From NCBI GenBank assembly GCA_964019335.1, contig OZ025725.1, positions 372,001 to 436,000 on the forward strand: a stretch of 64,000 nt of DNA. The letters run 5' to 3'. Under the pieces are notes generated by a model that saw only the letters and a list, made by a program, of their open reading frames with translations, had not been told where the DNA came from and did no database searches. The DNA comes from Diplonema japonicum (taxonomy: Eukaryota > Protista > Euglenozoa: Diplonemea). The position numbers and the translations under genes are program-made. Shown here piece after piece: positions 1 to 9,347 of this stretch (within the stretch, counting starts at the first letter, position 1; the number at the start of each line of letters is the position of its first letter).

Positions 1-3000
1 AAGGGGACGAATCACCGGACACTGACGGTTGCGCTTGAGCTCGACAGATTCAGGATGACGGTACAACGATACATGCTGCCGAGGGGTCTGGAGACGGCAG
101 ATGAGCCAACGGAAGAACAAGGAGCCGAAGCAGTGGAAGCAGCCGGATTCCGACAGTACCTGCACGAAGGAAATATAACAAAAGCCTTCGAGACCCTCTC
201 CCGGTGCACCGAAGACCTCCTCATAGACCAACCAGTGGGGACGCCGGGGAGGGCAGCGTACGTCGGAAGAGGCAAACACACCAGCACAAAGGAGAAGGAA
301 GTGTGTGCACCAACGACGACGGGAACGGTGGGTGCAGCTACAACGTGGCAAGCGCGACTGGAAAAGCTGAAGCTCAAGACGCGGACACTGCAACAACAGC
401 TCGAGCAAGCAGTTGAGGACAAGGGGCTAAGCAAGCCGACCCTGAACACGATAAGAAACGTGAACAGGGAAGCAATGGCTCTGGCAGTTCCATCTGAACC
501 GGTGCCGCACGACGCTGTTCTCATAGAGGACATGCTGGCAGCAGCGCTGAACATGGAAGACGCAATTGCAGCTGAGGAACGGAAGAAAAGGACCGAGGCG
601 AACACGTCACGGAGACGAGAATACCTGGCCGAGGTTGCAGCAGGACGCGAGACAACAAGACTGGTAAAAGTCGCGAGAGGCAAACGTCAAAGCGACGGAA
701 CCAGGGCGGTCAAGGAAGGGATGGTGCTCTTTGCGTCCCCCGGACTGATCGACAGCGTCATGCGCAAGGCGTGGAAGACCGTCTTTGCGAAATACGAGTC
801 CCGACCGGAGCCCCTCTATGCCCCCTTCAAGGCAAAGTACAGCAAGTTCGTGCAACGGCATGAGATGGAGAGGACACAACTGACGGGAGCAAGGCTGAGG
901 GAAGTGCTCAGAAAGAAAAGCAAGAAAAGCGCGGCAGGCATCGACGGGTGGAGGATGCTAGAGCTACGGAAACTACCAGAGTCAGTACTAGACGCCTGGG
1001 CGATGCTCTTCCATGCGATCGAAGCAACGGGGAGGTGGCCGGAAGCCATGAAAACGGCACTGGTTACCCTCGTACCGAAGTGCGACGATGCGGGACCACT
1101 GGAGCACAGGCCTATCACAGTCACATCTGCGGTGTACAGACTCTGGGCATGCGCGCGACTGTCTGATATCCTCATCTGGCAGGAGAAATGGATACACGAC
1201 AAGCAATACGGATTCCGCACTGGTTTCGGGACAGAGGACGCACTTTTGGACCTCGCCCTTGACATCGAAGAATCCATTCTGGAGGGGAAACCGCTAGTCG
1301 GGGTGGCACTCGACTTTGCGAAATGCTTTGACAGTGTACCGCAACAGCTGGTTCTGGAGCTGGTGGAGGACATGGGCATGGACACAGGCATCCTCAGGGC
1401 ACTGAAAGGAATGTACGCAGGCATGCGGTTCAGGTACGCAGCAGGCGTGGGGGAGGAGTTCCACACAACCAATGGAATCCTTCAGGGATGCCCGATTTCA
1501 GTGGTACTCATCAACGCGCTGTTGGCGGTACTAATGAAGCAGGTGGAGAACGACACAGGGGTCCGCTCGCTGTCTTACGCGGACGATGCATACCTCTTGG
1601 CACGGCTCGGTGCGGCGTTGCAGGAAGGCGTAGACGCAGTGGAAGCCTTCTGCAAACAGGTGGGGATGAAGCTCAACACCAGGAAGACGAAGACCTTTGC
1701 AGTGAACAGGAAGACACCGGAGGTGAAGGTGAAAGGCGAGGAACTGCAGCCGACACGGACTGTAGGAGTACTGGGAGCCAAGCTGCGGACAGACGGCAGG
1801 CCGCAAACCAACGGCGACAGGACGGCGGAGGCACTCGGGACGCTGAGCAGGCTGGGAGCAACGCCGTTGTCCTTTCAGCAGAAGGCGAAGATCATCAGCA
1901 GCACGATCCTACCGAGCTGCCTCTACGACTGCCCATTCTCACCGCCGAAAACGGGACAAATGGCCACGCTGGTGAAGGAGACCACGTACGCGCTCTGGGG
2001 GCAGAAGTACTGCACCAGGAACCCAGGCACAGTACTATCCGTGACACTGCCGGGACACACGAGCCACCCACAGATGACAGCCGCATACAGAGCACTTATG
2101 CTCCTATACAGAGCCTGCAAGAAGGACGACAAGCTGTGGACACGCTGCGACGCCATTGCCAAACGGTACAGCGGGAAGAAGATACCGCTGGGACCGGTGG
2201 GCATCATGATGGAAAGGTGGCTGCCTCAGATCAAGTTAAGCTGGGCACAGCTGAAGGACACCCACGCACTGGAAAAGGAGCCCTACAAGCACTACATCAG
2301 GGATCGACTCAGGCGGGCGGAAGCACAGGAAATCATGAGCAAACGGAGCACCATGGGGGGCATGGAAGCTGCGGCAGCAGCGGAGACCAACGCGCTGTGG
2401 AGGAAGCTGGTGGTGACGGACCCGATTGCAGCAAGGGACGTGCGAAGGATCATCTCGGGGGCAGTGTTCTACATCAACCCACGGGGATGGCGCACGGACA
2501 CGGTGGAGCACATCCCGATGGCGGAAGGAGAAGAAAAGGCCAAGGAAGTGCAACAGCGGGAAGAACACGAAGGCATGACGCGCAGGGGGCTGGAACCGTG
2601 TACGAAGCTGCATGGCATCCTGCCAAGGGGAGCAGGGAAGGATGTCAGGGAAAGGCTCGAAGGAACGCAGAGGTACCTGCTGGCGGTGGTGGGGGAGCGG
2701 GACGCAGCCCTACAAGCGAAGAGGCAGGAGGTGTACCACACACACCAGTGGCTGGAGATCACACAAGGACAAGAACACCCAGTACCGTCGGACAAGGACT
2801 TCGGCAAGCTACCGGCAGGGGATGTCCTACGGGAGTACACGAAGGAGGTGCTGAGGTGGATGCGGCAACTGCGCTGGTATGCAGGCAGCAGGAACACGTC
2901 AGTGTCGACGGTGGAGCTGGCACTGGATTTCGAGAACGTGACCGGGAAGACCCTTGGAGGGAAGCTGGGGGATCTCGCAGAAGTACAGCAGAAAGCGAGG

Positions 3001-3318
3001 AGATTGCATGGACTGATGAAGAAGATCTGGCACACATGGGAGCTAGGGAGGGTACTGAAGAAGGTGAAAGGAAGGAGGGCCTTCCCAGCTGAGCCGAGCA
3101 CAAGGGTGCACACACTACGATCCATCGGGAGGACAAAGGCGGTGATCGGATGGAACAGGAGGGCGATATTTGCATCACCGAAGACCAAGCATGACCTAGA
3201 GGCGTTGAAAGGACAATGGGCGAGAGAACGAAGAGAAAGAGCGGCCAGGCTGGGGAGAAGGCCGGCAAGACCACCAAAGGAGGAGAAACCGCTGCTGAAA
3301 GGGGATAGGTGCAGGTAG
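1..3318 (+). CDS. Non-LTR retrotransposon pol ORF (end of APE endonuclease, reverse transcriptase, C-terminal domain), 5' part outside window
   Basis: Frame is open from base 1 (KGTNHRTL, matching the NEHRCL end of the APE domain in the element at 11790). RT motifs AAGIDGW, LVPK, HRPITV, QYGFR, LDFAKCFDSV, GILQGCPIS, YADD, GMKLN. Confidence 0.93.
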   Translation, partial: KGTNHRTLTVALELDRFRMTVQRYMLPRGLETADEPTEEQGAEAVEAAGFRQYLHEGNITKAFETLSRCTEDLLIDQPVGTPGRAAYVGRGKHTSTKEKEVCAPTTTGTVGAATTWQARLEKLKLKTRTLQQQLEQAVEDKGLSKPTLNTIRNVNREAMALAVPSEPVPHDAVLIEDMLAAALNMEDAIAAEERKKRTEANTSRRREYLAEVAAGRETTRLVKVARGKRQSDGTRAVKEGMVLFASPGLIDSVMRKAWKTVFAKYESRPEPLYAPFKAKYSKFVQRHEMERTQLTGARLREVLRKKSKKSAAGIDGWRMLELRKLPESVLDAWAMLFHAIEATGRWPEAMKTALVTLVPKCDDAGPLEHRPITVTSAVYRLWACARLSDILIWQEKWIHDKQYGFRTGFGTEDALLDLALDIEESILEGKPLVGVALDFAKCFDSVPQQLVLELVEDMGMDTGILRALKGMYAGMRFRYAAGVGEEFHTTNGILQGCPISVVLINALLAVLMKQVENDTGVRSLSYADDAYLLARLGAALQEGVDAVEAFCKQVGMKLNTRKTKTFAVNRKTPEVKVKGEELQPTRTVGVLGAKLRTDGRPQTNGDRTAEALGTLSRLGATPLSFQQKAKIISSTILPSCLYDCPFSPPKTGQMATLVKETTYALWGQKYCTRNPGTVLSVTLPGHTSHPQMTAAYRALMLLYRACKKDDKLWTRCDAIAKRYSGKKIPLGPVGIMMERWLPQIKLSWAQLKDTHALEKEPYKHYIRDRLRRAEAQEIMSKRSTMGGMEAAAAAETNALWRKLVVTDPIAARDVRRIISGAVFYINPRGWRTDTVEHIPMAEGEEKAKEVQQREEHEGMTRRGLEPCTKLHGILPRGAGKDVRERLEGTQRYLLAVVGERDAALQAKRQEVYHTHQWLEITQGQEHPVPSDKDFGKLPAGDVLREYTKEVLRWMRQLRWYAGSRNTSVSTVELALDFENVTGKTLGGKLGDLAEVQQKARRLHGLMKKIWHTWELGRVLKKVKGRRAFPAEPSTRVHTLRSIGRTKAVIGWNRRAIFASPKTKHDLEALKGQWARERRERAARLGRRPARPPKEEKPLLKGDRCR

Positions 3319-3365
3319 AAGATGAGAACAAGGGGGCGTCTCACAAAGACTTCCTTTAACTCATA
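1..3365 (+). mobile_element. LINE-like element, copy A, truncated by the window edge; divergent relative of the element at 9307-15940
   Basis: Co-linear protein similarity to ORF 11790-15878 through RT and C-terminal blocks. Purine-rich composition ends about 40 nt after the stop. The 3' boundary is approximate and there is no poly(A). Confidence 0.85.
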
Positions 3366-3659
3366 TATTTTTTTTCTTTTCAATATTAAGTCCAAATACG
3401 GTATTACGTTTGGGGGTGGGGGGGATTTATCTCTATTTATATTATATATGTTTTGCTTTTTTTTTTTTTTTTTTTTTTTTTTTTCTTCCCTCCTCACCAC
3501 TTGCTTCCCCTCCCCCCTGCCCCGTACTTATCCTTTGTGTGTGCTGATTACGCGCACCGGTTTCCCCCCCCCCTTTTTTTTCTCCCTCCCCCATTTTTAT
3601 TTTTTATTTTTTTTTCCGATTCAAAAAAAAAAAAATTAAACATAAAAAAAGGGAAATAA

Positions 3660-4322
3660 ATGAACGTAAAGCTGGTAGCGATCGCAGTGACGAGCGTGGT
3701 GGTGTGGACCTTTCAGGTTGCAGCATTGGCTGACGAGAAGGGGTTCGTGGTGAACAAGATAGGGGGAGGGGGCGATGGGGTATTTGAATCCACAGGGTGG
3801 AAAGGGTACAGGTACGACTCCTGCAAGGAGAGGAAAGACCACATGAGGGCCGCGGCGGCATTCGGCACCCTGGCTGTTCTTGTCCTCTCGGTCACGATGG
3901 TGGTGCATATAATGCTGGCAATACCACAAACAGGTCAGAAAGTTCTTGGGTTCGGTCTGATGGGGAAGGTGATTACAGACTACCTTTGGGTGTTTTATGC
4001 CGTGGCAGGGATCTTTCTTCTGCTCACGTGGGGCATCCTCTGTGGACTTTATGACAGACAGCTCTGCGGGTCCCGTGTCAAGTGGGCAAAAGAGCTCAAT
4101 TTCGGCTTCACTTTCTTCGTCATCAACTCTGTCGTGTGTGTCTTTATGGCCTTTGCTGCGTACAACCGTGTGCACGTCCAAGGTGTCGCACAGCGTGATG
4201 AGCAACCTACTCAGCAGCAACAGGAAATCAAGTACACTAGTACTACTGCCGGGGGGAACCATCCCCCACCTCCGAACCCGATCGATGCTGAGTGCTTTGA
4301 ACATGCACCGACTCGAAAATAG
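3660..4322 (+). CDS. Amastin-like tetraspan membrane protein
   Basis: Four hydrophobic segments. C..R.....AAAAF, Y....C and FGFTFFV patterns typical of amastins. Confidence 0.65.
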   Translation: MNVKLVAIAVTSVVVWTFQVAALADEKGFVVNKIGGGGDGVFESTGWKGYRYDSCKERKDHMRAAAAFGTLAVLVLSVTMVVHIMLAIPQTGQKVLGFGLMGKVITDYLWVFYAVAGIFLLLTWGILCGLYDRQLCGSRVKWAKELNFGFTFFVINSVVCVFMAFAAYNRVHVQGVAQRDEQPTQQQQEIKYTSTTAGGNHPPPPNPIDAECFEHAPTRK

Positions 4323-4794
4323 AATTTCTTTTTTTTTTTTTTTTTTGTTAGTTCTTACGTATGCTGTATGCCTTTCCCCCCTCCCTTTTTTTTCCCCTCT
4401 CTTTTTCTAAAAAAAAAAAAAGGAAAAAAAAAGAAGAATGGTTAGAGGGGGATTTGGAGAGAAGGATTTTTATTTTTATTTTTTTTTTTGTGTGTGTCCT
4501 CCTTTACCTTTTCCCCTTCTGATTAGACTTTTTTTTTTTTAAAAAAAAAGAAAATAGAACAAGGATGGAAGGAGAGGGGAAAAAAAAAAAAGGAGGGGGT
4601 AAAAAAAAACTTTTTTAATGAAAAAGAAAAAAAAAAAGAAACCTCCTCAAAAGGGCCTCTCACCTGTGCTCTATCCTTACTAAGGATTCTAAATTCTCAT
4701 GGCCGTAGGAGGGAAGGCCGCGATAGGCTTTGCAAGGAGACCCGATTTTCGCCTTGAACATCGCTTTTATATCTATCCCCCCTCCTTCCCCTTA

Positions 4795-5167
4795 GGGGTA
4801 TCAAAAGCCCCATGCAAAGGTGGTTTTTTCAGTTTTGCCAAAAAAAAAAAAAAAAAAAAAAAAAAAAACGCTTTTCTAAAGCCATTTGGCCATATACCTT
4901 GACTCAAACCCGCCACAAAAACGGTTTCGACTCCTCCCGACCCCTTTTTCGCCCAAGAATGGGTAAATTAAAAGAATCAGAAAAAAAAAAAAAAAAAAAA
5001 AAAAGTGCCAGGACTTGGTACCTGGGAGCGGCCGATTTTTATGTTTTCAAAACAGCTTGGCGTCGCTTTACCCTGAGAGGACATATCAGAAAGAAAGGTA
5101 AATGGTCAAATGGTCTTAGAGCCTTAGGCTTTAAAGCGTTTTTTTCTTCAAAAAACTTTGATACCCC
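4795..5167. repeat. Fold-back / MITE-like element
   Basis: Terminal GGGGTATCAAA (4795-4805) / TTTGATACCCC (5157-5167). Nested imperfect inverted repeat about 4863-4900 versus about 5095-5144. Confidence 0.5.
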
Positions 5168-5265
5168 CCCCCCCCTTCCTCTATCTCATCGAATCGTTCT
5201 ATGATTTTACTTCTCTTCCCCTCCCTTGCCCTATTTATACCAATAGGCTGTCATCAGGCTGAGCG

Positions 5266-6249
5266 ATGAATCGATACGACTACGACGATGACAGCAGCGA
5301 TGAAGGGTGGGTACCTGACGCGGTGAGGAGGGTATGGTGGAGCAGTAAAATGCACTATTTGAGCTTAGCGTGCGTGGTGGTGTTTGCAGTTCAAGGAAAG
5401 GGGTACCAGGAAGCAGAGGCGGCAGCGAGAATACTGTCTGGTGTCGGGTTCGCATCCCTGGTGGCGAGCTGCGGGAAAGAAATAGAGATCGGAATGGCAC
5501 TAATCCTGGCTAACGTGGTACAAGGGATATCGTTCACAGCACCTCAAATGGTGATAGGTTACTCTTCCGCTGCTGCTGCACCACACATTATATACGGTAG
5601 TGTGCTGGTTCAGTCGCTGGCGGTGTTTGGCGCTGTGATGTACAATTCTTACGGGAAACAAGCAGTGAGATGCGATGCAGCTGGTGTGTATCCCTCGTCA
5701 ACACTTCTGTACGCCTCGGCTGTCATTGCTACCGTGCCTCTCATTTTCCCGCACTCCACAAGCTTGTGTTCTGTGCTGCTTCTTCTGTGTTTTGTCGCGC
5801 TTCTATTCGCTCCTCAAGCGCTGCATTACGAGTATGATTTTATCAATGACGATGCCGACACTGGTAAGCACATTCCCTCGCTCGTTACGGCGTGGCTGGC
5901 CTGTCTTGGGCTTATGGGGTACATGCTGTATCCCCTCCCAGGCCTTGTTTCGTTTACGCCTGCCCTCACTACCCTCGTTATTCCTGTGTTGTTCACGATT
6001 CCATCTGCCATGCTGTCCTCCGCCTTTCCTGAAGCCCTGTCTACTTCTATTAAAACTTCAGTCACGCTGCTCACACTTGTGCTGCCGCTGACCTCTGCGC
6101 TGCCTCTTTCCGTCCCCCACGCCGCCGTGCTCTGCCTCAACGCCATCACTCTTAAATTCGTCATCTCATCCAATATCATCACCTTCACAGAAGGTGTTGC
6201 CGCTGCCTTCGTTTACATCGCGTTCATCGGGGGCTCGCTCACTAACTAG
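5266..6249 (+). CDS. Multi-pass membrane protein, possibly a divergent CaCA (Ca2+/cation exchanger) family member
   Basis: About 10 hydrophobic segments. IIYGSVLVQSLAVFG and C-terminal FTEGVAAAFVY weakly recall CAX proteins. Family call is tentative. Confidence 0.6.
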   Translation: MNRYDYDDDSSDEGWVPDAVRRVWWSSKMHYLSLACVVVFAVQGKGYQEAEAAARILSGVGFASLVASCGKEIEIGMALILANVVQGISFTAPQMVIGYSSAAAAPHIIYGSVLVQSLAVFGAVMYNSYGKQAVRCDAAGVYPSSTLLYASAVIATVPLIFPHSTSLCSVLLLLCFVALLFAPQALHYEYDFINDDADTGKHIPSLVTAWLACLGLMGYMLYPLPGLVSFTPALTTLVIPVLFTIPSAMLSSAFPEALSTSIKTSVTLLTLVLPLTSALPLSVPHAAVLCLNAITLKFVISSNIITFTEGVAAAFVYIAFIGGSLTN

Positions 6250-6421
6250 CTGAACAGAACGCATATTATCCGAAATCGTGGGAGAGGAGGGGAGAAAGAA
6301 GAAGAAAAAAAAAAGTGTATTATCAAAAGAAAATGGGAATTTGCCGAACGTTTTCAAAAGGCTTTTTTTTTTTCTTCTTTTTTTTCTTCCTTCTCTTTTT
6401 TAACCAGCATTCCCAGGGATC

Positions 6422-7424
6422 ATGGCGGGTCAGAAGCGCAGCCTGACGCTGATCGTGGTGGTGCTGGCATTGCTGACTGCATGTGGCATGATCGTGATGC
6501 ACGTGATGGTAACGCAGCAGGCGTCGGAGAGACGGGATAAGAGGGTCAAGGAGAAAACCCTGAAGGCAAAGGAAGAGATCGTGGAGGTTAAGAAGAAGGT
6601 GAACAAAGACGACGCTGTGGAGGAAAGGCTGACGAGACCTGATCTGCCGCAGTACCCACCATACCTGAGCCTCGCTGAGCGAGAGGGTGGGAGCGAAGGC
6701 GTGCTGTTCAGAGATACATCGGATGGCAGCTACGACACAATGCGGTGGCGGTCCATTAGCCACGAGAAGCCGCGGGCAATGTACATTGAGAACTTCTGGA
6801 CAGATGAAGAGTCCGACCTTGTCGTGCAGTTCGCGCAAACAAAGATACAGCGTTCTACAGTCGTGTCAGGAAAGAGCGGTGCAGGAGCACAAAACCAGGT
6901 TCGTACCAGTAAAGGCATGTTCATCACAGACCCTACACAAGCCCATCACCCTGCCATCATGGCTGCACGGCGTAGGGTGTCCCTCATCGTCGGTCTTCCT
7001 GAGGAAAACATCGAAGCAACGCAGGTCCTGCGTTACGAAAAGGGGGAACGTTACCTTGCGCACCCCGACTACTTCCAAAAGATCTACAAGGACCACCTTG
7101 CGAGGGGCGGGCAGCGGGTCGCGACCATGCTCTCTTGGGTTGCCGACACCGCTTCAGGCGGGAACACTTCCTTCCCGAACTCGAAAGGTCCGAATGACAT
7201 GCCGTACACTGTGAAGCCTAGGAAAGGTGATGCCATTGTATTTTGGGACTGTTATAAGGTATGCAACACACCACACCACACGGCTGTTGACCCCACTGCA
7301 GGAACAAACGGCAGACGGCTTTTGCGATGGCGATCCTTACTCTCAGCACTACGCCCACCCCCCCGATGAGGGGTCCTCAAAGTGGGTTGCCGTCTTTTGG
7401 GTTAGACAAAGAAAATTCGTTTGA
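6422..7424 (+). CDS. Prolyl 4-hydroxylase alpha-like 2OG-Fe(II) dioxygenase; join(6422..7258,7302..7424)
   Basis: N-terminal signal anchor, VRTSKGMF, QVLRYE..Y.AHPDYF, QRVATML, GGNTSFP, VKPRKGDAIVFW. Removing a 43-nt GTATGC..CAG intron (7259-7301) restores D..SQH....KWVA..WVR. Confidence 0.9.
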
Positions 7425-7728
7425 AGAGTCAGCAGGCGGTTTCCATGACCCTTTCTGATGACGCATCTCTGCCCCCGCTAGAGGGGCTCCCAAGAGTCCC
7501 TTCCACCCAGAGAGAGAGAGAGAGTTTTTCTTTTGTTCTTTTTGTTGAATTCTTCACTCACCCCTCTCTTCCCCTCCCGCCTCTTGATTTATTTCGTAGG
7601 AACGACTGCAGTGTTTGTTTTTTTTTAACCCCCCCCCAATCCCCTCCTACTTTTTTTTCTTCTTCTTGTTTTCCGGATTTCTTTGTGTTTTCCCATTTCG
7701 TCAGCAACTGTGAACTGTTACAGGCAGC

Positions 7729-8109
7729 ATGGGGGGCGATCTTGATGCGCTGTGCACCGCGGAGTGCCTGTCTGTGACTGAAAGCGACTGTCACAGCGAG
7801 TTGGATGGAAACCTGAGTGATGGGGATATATGGGAGGATGTAAGTAGCTGCGACCCGACTACGAGGCTGTCCTTCGGCAGCAGCTGCTACGAGGAGGACG
7901 GGTTCCAGGGCCGCTGCAGCATGTCGCCAGTGAAACCCCAACCCCATAGGCTGCCCTCCCCGTGTGTCATCGACCAGATCATAGCCACGTACCACGCCAC
8001 CAACACGCTGCCCTCCGTCACGCCCACTTACCTCCTGGACTATGCTAAACGGCACCCCAGGTCATGCATCACACGTGACATACGCCTTTTGTCCGTAGAT
8101 TGTACTTAA
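7729..8109 (+). CDS. Hypothetical small protein (126 aa)
   Basis: ATG shortly after pyrimidine tract + AG; coding-like GC; no recognisable domain. Confidence 0.55.
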   Translation: MGGDLDALCTAECLSVTESDCHSELDGNLSDGDIWEDVSSCDPTTRLSFGSSCYEEDGFQGRCSMSPVKPQPHRLPSPCVIDQIIATYHATNTLPSVTPTYLLDYAKRHPRSCITRDIRLLSVDCT

Positions 8110-8189
8110 CCAGTAATTGTAAGTTTTCCTTTTTTGTTTTTTGTTTTGTCAAACAATGCCATCGCTTTCCCTACCGCACACCAGGTCAC

Positions 8190-9194
8190 ATGGAAACTCG
8201 CAAGACTAGGAACCTCGACTCGAGCGAGGCAGCGCTCGAAAAGTGGACAGCAGCGGTGCACAGCAAGCACCACATGTCAAAGCGCAGCGAGGAGATGGGC
8301 CTCAGGAACATCGCAAGCCCGGAAGATGCAAAGCGGGCGGCAGAGAAAATAATGGCCGCCAAGCGGAATGAGGGCGACCTGAAGAAAACCGCGGAGCAGA
8401 TCTTTGCTGAGCTGCAGGCTCAAGAAGAAGAGGAGGCAAGGATGGACAAGGCTTCTTCCGACTCGGGCTACATTCACCAGGTTCACAGCATACCCGTTCG
8501 AGCTGACCCCCCTCCTGGGGAAAGGCAGAGGCCCCTGCCACCGCCTGAATACGAGTACTTACCTTACGGGCAACATGTGCCTGCCTTAACAAAGGTAACA
8601 GAACAGAACAAGCCGCACGCATCCCGCGGGCGGGACCCTGGGTTGGTGTGGAATAATGCTATGTATGGACAGGCTGTGGGGATAGGGGAGGCTGTTGCTG
8701 ATGAGGACTTCAATGAAGGTGTGGCCAAGAACAGGGCCCTACACCTACTCTCGGAGTACAAAGAATTCAGACGGTGCACCGAGCAGCGTGAGGTGAAGTA
8801 CGAGGCAGAGCTTGTGGACGCCAAGATGGCCATTGCAGAGCTAGAGGGGCGTGTGGGTGAGCTCACGAAGCAGTTGCGTGCAGAGCGCATGCGAAGCGAC
8901 GCCATCCTAAAAGAAGACGAGACGGCAGTGAAGCACAGGGACAAGAACTACGCACGATCAAAGCTGAGGGAGGTCCTTGCCGTGCACGAGGTGCTCCAGT
9001 GGCAGATGCACGAAAAGGACAAGGAGCTGCGCACCCTAGAAGACATCATCAAAGCCCACCTCCTTATCCACTCAGGTCCAGCAAAGCCTTTGCGGCTCCT
9101 CCTCGCACGACGACTGCCACAGTTCCTCCAAAGGTGCGAACAAGGCATCCCTATCATACACGATGCCAAGATGGACATGCACAAAGCGGCTTAG
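8190..9194 (+). CDS. Hypothetical coiled-coil protein
   Basis: ATG at 8190 follows a pyrimidine tract and AG at 8183-8184. Heptad-rich C-terminal half. Confidence 0.75.
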   Translation: METRKTRNLDSSEAALEKWTAAVHSKHHMSKRSEEMGLRNIASPEDAKRAAEKIMAAKRNEGDLKKTAEQIFAELQAQEEEEARMDKASSDSGYIHQVHSIPVRADPPPGERQRPLPPPEYEYLPYGQHVPALTKVTEQNKPHASRGRDPGLVWNNAMYGQAVGIGEAVADEDFNEGVAKNRALHLLSEYKEFRRCTEQREVKYEAELVDAKMAIAELEGRVGELTKQLRAERMRSDAILKEDETAVKHRDKNYARSKLREVLAVHEVLQWQMHEKDKELRTLEDIIKAHLLIHSGPAKPLRLLLARRLPQFLQRCEQGIPIIHDAKMDMHKAA

Positions 9195-9347
9195 TAGACT
9201 TTTTAGAATTTCTCTTTTTTTTTTTCCCTTGTTGTTTTATTGTACCTTTTGTACTGCCCTGTAAGTATTGTGCTTTTTTTTTTCTTTTATTTTTATTTAT
9301 TTTTAGGGAACACTGGGTTCGGATAATCAAAAGTCACGACGACAAAA

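Noticed and set aside
1488-3092. 534-aa overlapping + strand ORF inside the RT gene
   Set aside because: G/A/R-rich low-complexity translation; stops are absent because the RT frame rarely has T at third positions.
7729-8189. Splicing of the 126-aa ORF to the downstream coiled-coil gene via GTAAGT at 8119
   Set aside because: The upstream ORF stops at 8109, before that donor; treated as two genes.
9307-9347. HDV-like ribozyme or ingi/L1Tc-type 77-bp signature at the LINE 5' end
   Set aside because: The leader is only 41 nt and no such fold or signature could be seen.
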